Notes under the pieces: generated by a model
The model's database searches: none
Seen by the model: the letters and a program-made list of their open reading frames with translations, nothing else
What the model was told of the DNA's origin: nothing
Translations under genes and position numbers: made by a program
Assembly (NCBI GenBank): GCA_051362555.1
Contig: CM120645.1
Span: 7,440,001 to 7,504,000, forward strand
Source of the DNA: Lingula anatina
Lineage: Eukaryota; Animalia; Brachiopoda
Length of the DNA: 64,000 nucleotides
Direction of reading: 5' to 3'
Shown here: piece by piece, positions 53,888-64,000 of the stretch
Numbering within the stretch: position 1 is the first letter of the stretch
Layout: every line of letters begins with the position of its first letter

Positions 53888-55667
53888 GGGGGGGGATGGG
53901 AGGTGTGGGTTGAGTTTTTGTCTGAAGGTAGTAAATTAATGTCTTGTCCCTCTCCATAGAAATTATATTTAGCATTACGGGTGTGTATAGGGCAAAGAGA
54001 TGTCTGTAATCAGCATTAACTCAGGGGTTAATATCATAGTGCAGGTGATATTATGTAATACCAGCATAGTTTTTTTTCTTCCTAGAGATATTGTTTTGGT
54101 ACTTAAAATGAAAAAATTCTCAGTTATTCTTGGGGAAAATGCATTACAAGTAGACCGAAAACTGGACTAGTGATTTGTTTTCTGGACAGTAAGTTGAACA
54201 ACACCTGTAAGTGTTTGTTTTATTGAGTAAAAAAAAAAAAAAAAAGAAAGAAACAGTGACTCTAAAGATTTGTGTTCTATTTATTTCCTGCTCCCTGAAA
54301 AGGGTACTCCCACTAATGGACAGATCTATCAAAAGCTGATTTAGTATTGACATATTGCCACACCCACTATTGTATAACGACAAATAACGCAGTATTTATG
54401 GCGTGTTTCCAGTTTTAGTTAAATCAGTGTTTCTATCTCAGTTGGTGAGCTAATTGAAATAAGATGACCCACTTAAGATGGTTCACACTTAGAGAGTCAA
54501 TCATATAACTAAAATCTTTTTACGATAATGATAATCGAGTGCAACAAAAAGTAATAAAAGGTCAAGTTTTACAATAATGTTATAATAATTATCTTTTAAT
54601 TTTTGGTTAAGATTTGAAAGATCTTCTTTACATTTTAGTAGGAAATCCTCAGCAAATTTTTAAAAATATTTTTTTCCTTTTGTTTAGCTTGATGTTTGTC
54701 ACTATATTAGACATGGCAAATAGTGACAAATGCAACATGACATTGTGTTAGATATATTGATAGTATCTTCTAACAACAATTGTACATCTAAAAAGTTCGT
54801 TGTTATCTTTAACTTTTATTATTGTTACTCCTTGGCAATCCTAAGTATTGTTATAATTATAATGGTTATTATTTTTGGAGTATTTTATTTTACTTCTGAG
54901 GATTTATTGATTTTTATCCAATGCTAAATTAAATCTTTTTTTTTTTTTTTGCAGGAAATGTGGCGTTACAGCAATGTCACCTGTGCCTTGTATCCTCTGC
55001 TGGACATAGATACAATAAGCCCAACTGGAGACACAAGTAAGCTAGTTATGTCTGTTGTTATTTACTAGTACGTTTAACATGAATTAAATATACGCAGTAA
55101 GAAATGACAGTTGAATTTTTTCAGGTATATTTTCTTCTTAACGAAAACTCATTTTCACCTTGAGTGGTATCCTCATTTGGTGTTACCTTTGTTGATGGTT
55201 TAAACAAATTGTAAGAATTGAATTTATTTCGATAACAGATATATTGAATGTTTAATGAATACAATGTCATATCATTTTTAAGACTATTCCTTTGCAACAT
55301 GGTTGAGCAAATTCATATGAAGGTAAAATAACTGAAAATAAAAGTTTGATTAATATTGATTATGGCATCAAACTGTTCAAAAGTAATAAATAGGTAGTTT
55401 TTCCCCACAAATTATAAACGTGAAAAATATTTTTTGTCAAATTTCAAGAAGGTACATTTTCCTGATCTTTTTTTCTCTCTCTCTCTCACAGACTGGAACT
55501 CTGCCCTGGTGTACATCATAGAAGGTCAGACAGACGAACATCTGGATATGCTGGAGGGAGGAGTTATAAGGCAACTTTTAGATGAGAAATGGAAGACCTT
55601 TGGCAGGGTGAGGAAAAGGATGAAAAGGAAATTTATGAAAATCTCCTTCTCTCTCTGTCTCTCTCTT

Positions 55668-55727
<60 letters not shown>

Positions 55728-56630
55728 GAAGAGGGTTCTCTACAAGCTTCACAATATTTCATATAAACAAGTACAGTGAATACAGATTTAAGCATTGAAT
55801 GTTGCTGCAGTTGTTATCATGAAAGTGATTTATCAAGAACCAAGTGCCAAGGATTTTAAATCAAAATGATTAATCATAACTTTAAGGAGATATCTTAACA
55901 GTCATTACATCCTACGTCTTAAAGGTGATCACAGAAAAAAAAAGTTTGCTAACGTTCGCTTAAATTAAAACATATTTTGAATATACTACTTTTTTTCATT
56001 ACCAGAGAATATTCCTTGAGCGTCTCTTGTTAGCACTTGGCCATGTGATAATTATGAGTGCAGCTGTTTACCTGAGGCCAAATGGACAAAATCTACTTGG
56101 GTCCACAGACTGGGACTATGTAAGTTGTTTGCCAAAAAAGATACTTAGTCTATATAATTCTGTAGTTAGGAAAAGATTTGAAATTATCTTTCCATTAGAT
56201 TGTTGAATTTGGTTTAACAGTGATTTAGAATTGTTTGTTTGATCTCAGCAGAGTCAGTTCAAATTACCTAGTTGGATAGTTTCATTGACTGTGAATGCAC
56301 CCATATGAGAAAAAAACAGATGCCAAAAGCACAGTTATTGTTTCTAAATTACAAAAATTTAAAAAAAATTCTTTCAGCTATGTGCAATAAAATAAATTCT
56401 GATCAAATAAATATAATATGTACATGATGTTTTATAATGTTTTTCCTATATGCTTCAAGCCTCTTTTATTTTTACCTTTTCAGGTGCGCTACGCATTAGA
56501 GATATTTACCTGTATAAACTGCCTAGTCACAGTTGTCTTGTCACTTTCTGAGATTCCAAAGCAGGGAATTCTGGGGTTTTTGAAGAGCATGGTAAGTGCT
56601 GTGGCCTGCACATGCTTGTAAGCTTGCACA

Positions 56631-56674
<44 letters not shown>

Positions 56675-59600
56675 CCCTCTAATCAAAAATTCTTAATTTA
56701 TGCTTGTGACTCCCATATTCACAAGCGCACATGTGTAGAAGCTTGGACTCACTTGCATTTTTAGCCTTGAATGTATATGCTTACTTGAATTTGGATAAAT
56801 ATGTCTGTTTTTCTTTTTTTTTCTACTGTAAATTCTATAGATATAAAAAAAGTTAACTTTCCAAACACTTTTTATGTTTGAAAGAGAAGGCAAATTTTGG
56901 TATAGCTTTTAATTTAATTTTTTCATCTCATTTTTGTACTCTGCTGGGAAACCATCTGCTGACTCTATATAATTAATTTCAGAAAAACTCTCCTGCCCGG
57001 GCCATATTTACCTTGTCCAGTCTGTTGATATTACTCTGTATTCCTTTCCGCCTCATCAATCAGAAGTGGAGTCAAGATGCTGAGACCACACTATTGATTA
57101 TAGCTGTGCCTGGAACCTGGGCTGTGTTCTTGTTCTTTGCCAGGTATTGTGATATTTTTTTTACAAAAAAAGCCACTGGAAAAGCTCATAGTTTTTTCAA
57201 ATATTTCATTATGTGTAGAATTTGTTTGCATTTTGGATGTATAATAAATAAGTAAATTTTAAGTGTTTTGTATTGATATTTTGCCCAGGATAATTAATAT
57301 TGATTATTGATTAATATCATATTAAATCATTTGATAGAAATAACTATTTATTGTTAAATAACATAATGAGTTAATGAATCCAAATTAGGTAAATGGCATC
57401 ATATTTGAGTTCAATGTTTACTATATTATATGGAACATCTTATATTGAAAATGTGTTATGGGAACACAGCATGCACAACCCGGCACATTCAGTTGCCCAA
57501 CTAACGCAATGTTGAACTGGTGCTAGGTAGCTGTGCATGCAATAGAGAATTCTATAGGCATGCATTGTATGCATGGTTTGCACACAGGCAACTGAAACAT
57601 ATGATAAACTTAGAAGAAAAAAAAACTATTCACTGAACAATTGTCTGGAAAGATTTTAGGCTTACAAGAGATGACAGCAGCCTGTTACATTGCATGTGTT
57701 TGAATACATCTAATGTGATAAAATGTTTTGTATTTTTTTTTCAATTCCCCATATCTAATATGTTGTTTTGTCTTGTCTGTTACCCAAAGTATCATCCATC
57801 CACTGCTTTTGTTTGCTGTTGTAAAGTGAAAAGTAAACAACTCATTTATTTACTTGACAAAATGATACTTTGAATGTAAGAGTATATCAGAAAACAATTC
57901 ATTGACAAGTGAGAATTTAGAATGTAGTTATAACAAACATAAGCCAGCTGTCATTAATTTAAAATTACTTTTGATCAAATAATTCAGTAAATTCTTAGCT
58001 ATTACCAGTGAATGTTTTGACCATTCAGCATTTCCAAAATATAGCCATGATGCAAAATCTACTAAACAATAGAACTGGACCATTTAATTGGTCTGGAATC
58101 TTCATTTCTGAAAGTGCTTCAAATGCACACCAATAAATATAAAATGGATATTAATATATTGATTAAATTCAAATTAAAGAATACATTCATTTTATTTAGT
58201 ATGATGGTGCTTCAGCTGCCATCTTCTGTCAGCCTCATTTTTATCTGGTGTGGACCAGCTCCTTCATTTTTCAAATCGCCATACACGACCCACTTGTTGC
58301 ATCTGAAATTCCATACGTGTCGTTTGATTGAAGTGCACTTCACCAATCACAGATCTGTTAACTTCAACAGATGGCTTTTTTCATGATAGCCAAATGTGCT
58401 GAAGTTTTTGATTGGCCAGGTTAACTTTTATCAAACATATGGTTGAAGGTCAGAGTCTGATAAACATGCAATATGGAGATTTTAAAAAATGATGTAACTG
58501 GTACACATCAGATCCAAAACTTGGATATCTCCACTATGCTACAGTGTAATAAATCTGCTTAATGTGGTCTTTGTTGCTTCCCTAAAATGTTGTCTGCCCC
58601 ATTTATTTCAGAGTCTCTGCTTGGTCAGGTCCAAATACAGTTATGATGTATCGCATGATCAAAGGGGACGTGTTACGATTTGGCATCATCTATGCCATTT
58701 TTGTAATTACATTCTCCCCAGGTTGGTGTAAACAGACTTACTGTGGAGTGTGATTAATAACCCCTTCCTGAGTGTCACTGTGTGACTAATTACCCCTCCC
58801 TGAGTGCTACTGTTTGTGTCTACTGTTATATCTAACATGCCCTACCTAATCGGTATGGCTATCCACTTATTATTCACCCTTTATTACAAAACTTATTGAA
58901 GTGGAGACTCATACATAATCAGCATAGGTTGGCTGTTGCTGAGTCACCAACCCTCCATTATTTGATTTTACATATTTCTAAATAATTGCAAAAATATTCT
59001 GCATTTTAATCATCACTCTTTGACAAGGCTCTGACTGCATTTTATATAACATCACTAATCTTAGATATCCCTGCACAATTTACTATCTATCTGGTATTCT
59101 GGCATATATCCAGTTTAAATTTTGATATTGAACACAATTGCTCTATATTTTTTAACCAATTAACCTTTGCACCTCTTGAAGGGGATGCTACCTAGGGAAT
59201 ACATGTAAATAGTCCAAAGGTTCAGTAGTGCAAAGGTTCATTGAAAACATCTTCGGACCAATGAACCTTTTTAATAAAAAACTGATGAAATGGTAAATTT
59301 TTTTCGGACCATTGAACATTTGGACTATTGAGACAGACCTGGCATGATGCCATTTTTATGGATATGCCTTTGTTTTTATTACTACTCTGTGTGTTCTTTT
59401 TTTTTCCACTAACACATCTTGTTTGCAGTTCTGTTTGCACTGGTTACTGCTCTGTTTTAGGGGTGTGCCACTGACTGGACCCTTTGTCACCATGATCTAT
59501 AAGATGATCAAAGGAGATCTCATTAGATTTTTCATTATTTATGCCATTTTTCTTTTCACTTCATCTCAAGGTGAGAGATTTAGTTTTGCAATTTACAATT

Positions 59601-62160
59601 TCTTAAAAATTTTCTGACATGAAGGTTATTTTCTTTTTGGAGTATTGATTTCACTTGTGAAGTAACTGTTACAGTAGTAGTAGTTTAATTATTGAAATTG
59701 CTCTAACGTAAAGTGGATAAGATAATTTTTTTTTTTACGTTAAGCAGTTCACTTGGTACAAATGTTAAGTATCTGTACAAGCACATGCACACATGCACCC
59801 ATGCACATTCCTTCTCATTGTTGTAATCGTAAACGCACTTATGTATATGTGTACAGTACACACAGGCACACTTGTAATTTTAATCAGACTAAAATACCAA
59901 TATTGCCTTTCCAACAGTTTCGGTCTTTATCTTTTTATTTAGTGCTTCTGCCTTATGCAGATGATATAGTAGAGGGGATTGTAATATTTTAATTCATTTC
60001 AGGTTAAGCATAGAATGCTTTAATATATTCAATTTATATTTTCCTAATGATATAAGATTTTCATTTCATAACTGGTATTGGTTTAGATGAGTAATGATTT
60101 TGTCATATTTTGACTTTAGGAGCATTATTTCCTCAAATTGAAAAGAAAAAAAAAACCTTGCCACTTACCCAAGTGTTACATTGAGATACTGTCCATGACT
60201 ATTTCATTTGTGAGTTTTTTATGTCAGTTATCAATTATATTTTTCAGCATTTTATTTCCTGTTCAAAGACATCGATGATAAAAGTATCAACACATTTTAC
60301 ACGCCACATGGCACTGTGATGTCACTGGTTCACATGACCTTTGGAGATTTTGAGGTATGTTGGAGAGAAAAAGAGGGTAATTCAGAACCCCCAAAAATTA
60401 TTTAGAGATAAGTATTTACTCAACAGTGTTGGATAGGATAGGGTATACATATACTTTGGTGTTTACGTAGAAATTATTGAAATTTGCAAGGAAATTTTGT
60501 TCATTGCTGTATTAAAATAGAGATTGTTAAAGATGTTTAGCTGATTCTCAGGCATGATGTTTGTAGACTTTGAGCAGGATTCAAACTGTTTTTCTGTCTT
60601 AATAATATTACATTGTATTTTGATTCTAAAGCAATCGTTTTTGAATCAGTTATTTATAGATGTTCACATAAAAATCAATCTCCCACCTGCTAATTAATAT
60701 TCAATTAAGGGACTTAATCATAAATTCTGAATTTGACTTTCACTTTCTTTCCAGTACTCAGAATTTAATGATTCTCACCACAACATCCTGACCAAGGCTG
60801 TGTTTTCTGTGTTCATGTTGTTGGTTCCCATCCTTCTTCTCAATATGTTGATAGCAATGATGGGGAACACATACCAGCAGGTCATTTCCAAGTCTGAGAA
60901 GGAGTGGAGAAGACAGGTAGGGTGCCTCTTGCAAAGTGCTGCCCCCTTGCATTTATTTTCTTCATACAAGCACAAACATCCTTGGGTTTATTAACCCCAA
61001 TTCTTTTGTGACAAAAGTCAGAAACCATGTTAACCTGCCCAGCCATGTTCATGTGTCTATGCATTAGAAATTATATAATTTCGGTCCATTAGAGGGAGAA
61101 AGTTGAATTGATTGTCCTATCAACAGGGATGTGCATGGGCACTTTGGAATTTTTGTGCCATTTGGGATTGGGCTGCCCATGGGGGGTAGATGATTTTTAA
61201 CTACTCCATGAAAATATCTAAAACAGATTTTAGTATCTGTTTGAAATATTTCAGTGGGCACAGCTGGTAGTAGTTCTGGAGAGAGCCTACTCCAGTAAGA
61301 AGTTGAGGCTGCTCCAGCAGAAGTATGCCACCAATCTCTCGGCCCCGCCCAAGGGTTACGCCCCTCTCCATAAGGACGAGGAACACAGGGGGGTGGTGGT
61401 GATCAAATTGGGGACCAAGACAAAGGCTAAGCAGAGAAAGGAGGCAATAACAAACTGGAAGGTTAGATCAGTTATTATTATTATTATTGTTATTATTATT
61501 ATTATCATACTCTCTGAATATTCATTGCAGTGCTTGCAACTTAGCACACATTTTGTATCTTCTTTATGAAAGTTCTGGTTTCAATTGATTCGTTCCAGTT
61601 CACATGCGGACAAGTTTTTTTTCTGTTTTATCTTGTCAGGCTATGACATATAATAACGTTGTTCATTTTCACTTCAGAAATTATTTAGCAAAGTGAAAAA
61701 GGCAGTGAGGGCCCACAAACTGGAAGGTAGAACAGGGCCTGTTTTCCCTGACCTTGATGGCTCGGGTATCTTCAGTGATTCAAATAACACAGCCCAGGCA
61801 TCTTGGAAGTCACCAGCACACTCTATCAGGTCTAATAAGGGTATGAGTGAGGCGATCAAACAGCTGGCTTGGGAGAAGGACATTGACCTGACCCGGGGTT
61901 ACACATTTATGAGGTCAGAGGAAGAAGGTCAAGGTCAGCAGAGGTCAAGTAAAGGTCATCATACAACAGATAGGGCTCCTCTCTTACAAAATACTGATGA
62001 AGCTAAAGAGGATGACCAATCTGGACTGAGTAATGCAGGAGTGGAGGATGCTTTGACTTCTCCTCTCACCACACCTAAAAGAAGGAAGAAAAAGAAGTCA
62101 GCACGGTCTGTGGCTAGTGCTAGCTTAGGGAAAGAAGGTGGAGCACAAGAAAATAATTAG
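43888..62160 (+). CDS. TRPV cation channel, Inactive/OSM-9-like clade, 15 coding exons per isoform, 884 aa
   Basis: Exons 43888-44190, 49708-49954, 50475-50630, 50890-51044, 52411-52554, 54955-55036, 55492-55607, 56006-56119, 56484-56591, 56983-57143, [58612-58721 or 59461-59570], 60248-60354, 60755-60916, 61255-61461, 61678-62160. Ankyrin repeats ([37 protein letters not shown]), [19 protein letters not shown], pore MTFGDF, S6/TRP box [14 protein letters not shown]...EKEWRRQWA. Confidence 0.95.
44549..46773. mobile_element. Non-autonomous DNA transposon, 2225 bp, 25-bp perfect TIRs, TA target duplication (Tc1/mariner-pogo-like)
   Basis: TA|CGGTAAAGTCTTGAAAATTTCGTCG at 44549-44573 and CGACGAAATTTTCAAGACTTTACCG|TA at 46749-46773; subterminal TTGAAAA.TTCGTC repeats; no transposase ORF. 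Confidence 0.88.
45120..46285. repeat. Internal tandem array (about 250-310-bp units, about 4 copies) built from GATCGTTCGCG sub-repeats
   Basis: GGGAGATCGTT.GCGATCC.AGC..GACG.AAAGGCAAT near 45280, 45841 and 46149; TCGGCG.AGAATCGTT.GCGTAA near 45531, 45781 and 46089; poly-C tracts. Confidence 0.85.
52230..52362. repeat. Degenerate (CCATG)n pentanucleotide repeat
   Basis: Direct reading; explains the spurious Cys/His/Met-rich ORFs here. Confidence 0.85.
55645..55725. repeat. Compound (CT)n(GT)n microsatellite
   Basis: Direct reading. Confidence 0.9.
56626..56672. repeat. (CA)n microsatellite
   Basis: Direct reading. Confidence 0.9.
58612..58721 (+). CDS. Alternative (mutually exclusive) TRPV exon A encoding S4-S5 linker and S5
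   Basis: TTTCAG|A GTC...CCA G|GTTGGT; 110 bp, same phases as exon 59461-59570; translates (R)[36 protein letters not shown] with no stop. Confidence 0.8.
59208..59329. repeat. Inverted repeat / MITE remnant
   Basis: AATAGTCCAAAGGTTCA at 59208 versus TGAACATTTGGACTATT ending 59329, with internal AAAGGTTCATTG / CAATGAACCTTT. Confidence 0.65.
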
Positions 62161-63841
62161 CTCTGTCTTTTCCAATTAAGGCTTATTATCAAGTGGTTTG
62201 CTTATTGCAACTGTGTAAATATGTAGAATACTCACTACTACATTGCCAAAATCCAACAGTAAAAAACCACAAAGTTTTTTTTGTACATGTACTAATTGAT
62301 TGTATGTACATATTTTTTATATACAAGTACTGTGTAAAAACATAAAACAGTACTTTTTAGGATAACCTTTTAAGAGTTGGTATATACTATTATATTACAT
62401 GAGAGTTTTTTAGAAATGTCTTTATGCTATATATGATATATGTTTGGAAGAATGAAATGGGTGCCACTTGCTTAAAAGTGACATAAGAGTAACATTTTTG
62501 TACATAACTAAAAAAATATGATATTATAATAATTTTTATTTTAGTCACCTGATTTCATCAGGACTAACTGTGATGTTTTAGATAATCTGTGAAAGTTTCC
62601 ATACTACAGAAATATTTTATAAAGAAATCATGAACCAAAACTGTTGATTCACCAAGTGTAGTAAGCTGGTCAACACTTTTCTCATGGAGAATTAGGAGAA
62701 AAAAAATTCAAAAATTGAAGATTTTGTGATATGATTTAGCTACAGAGAAATAAATTTAAAAATTGTCAGTAATAAAATGAGAGTGAAAATATTCTTTAAT
62801 AAGTTATCATTGTGATGTGAAAGTGACAAACTCTGTGAGCCCTTTGGTTCATTCTTAGTGCAAATAGAACTGTGTAAACTGTGCCTAAGAGATATCTGTC
62901 AGATTTATTTTTTGATACAATTCTTTCTTTATACAGATTTAGTTGTAAAATGTTTGCATAATTACTTTAAGAAATGGACCAAAATCAAATGTAAAAGTAA
63001 TGTATCAGGAACATAAACATTAAGTGAGTACATAAATCAGTATTAGGAAATGCTGGTCAGAAATTTTTGTCTTTCAGAATTTTAGATCTCACACATTTAA
63101 TGTTCGCTTTTGCATACTCTTTTATTTTATACATATATTTATTCATTTAGAAGTGAGTAGTATGTACTGGACCAGAGTATTATCTCTTTTGTGATAAAAT
63201 GTCTTAAACCGTCCATTTATCAATGACTGAATGAAGGCTTAAGGAAGAAAGAAAAGAGTTTTGTGTAGAAACCAGACACTCAAGCGAAATTTAAATCATA
63301 TATTAAGTTTTTCATAAAAGAAAAACAAGGGTATTATTCAGCAGAATTGTTTGTTAAATCTTTGTTGAGATAGGCTAAATATAGGAGGAAGAAATTTTAA
63401 TCCGCAGCTTAGATAAATCTTGGCAAACCTGAGATATATTAGACTTTTGTTATTTTATGTACTTGTTAAAACTTCGATCAGTTCTTAAACCAGGAAATAA
63501 GTTCTTACAGTAGTCATATCATATTTATGTCATTTATTGTTTAAGCTTGTATGAGTGTGTGAAAGTTACATACACCAATTTAACATGATGGCACATGCGG
63601 TCAGTGTAAAATAATTCAAATGTATGCTTTCTTTCCATTTTGCCACTATAAAGGAACTGCTGTCATCCTGCCTCTTTTAGATTGAGGTTGTTAAATACGC
63701 ACATTTGTCTTCTGGAAAACCAGCATCATCTCTCTTATTGTGTAAGATACCAGCAGTGTCTGAATGCTATAGAACATGTACCTTGTATATATATATCTGA
63801 TTGCAACTCATTATATTTCAAATTATTGAAAATTCCCAGTG

Positions 63842-63874
<33 letters not shown>

Positions 63875-64000
63875 CACTCTTATAGTTATAAATTAAGGCC
63901 TTTCATTCATATCCATATTCCTACCCCTGCTTTGGATTTTTTTCTTAGTTGTACAAGTATTATGAAGAAACGGGATATGGTTTGTAGCACGTGCTCATTG

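Noticed and set aside
1-64000. tRNA, rRNA, snoRNA genes and U12 introns
   Set aside because: None recognised by eye; all modelled donors are U2-type. A covariance-model search would be needed to exclude ncRNAs.

Overview
AT-rich, intron-rich animal (invertebrate, probably lophotrochozoan) genomic DNA; most six-frame ORFs are spurious or single exons. Hand-splicing gives seven protein-coding genes: CYB561D2 (-), an intronless ALG13 (-) nested in CYB561D2 intron 1, NPRL2 (+, head-to-head with CYB561D2, one GC-AG intron), a 154-aa EF-hand protein (+), a 225-aa signal-peptide-bearing protein I do not recognise (+), LTA4H/M1 aminopeptidase (-) and a TRPV channel of the Inactive/OSM-9 clade (+, head-to-head with LTA4H). 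Several MITE families, a 2.2-kb non-autonomous TIR transposon and tandem repeats fill introns and the 14-29 kb intergenic region. Highlights: (1) LTA4H ends in KHDEL and has an in-frame upstream ATG encoding a signal-peptide-like extension, suggesting an ER-luminal isoform of a normally cytosolic enzyme; (2) the TRPV gene has two tandem 110-bp, apparently mutually exclusive exons for the S4-S5 linker/S5; (3) these two genes share a short divergent promoter; (4) nested intronless ALG13. All calls are by eye; no database searches were run.
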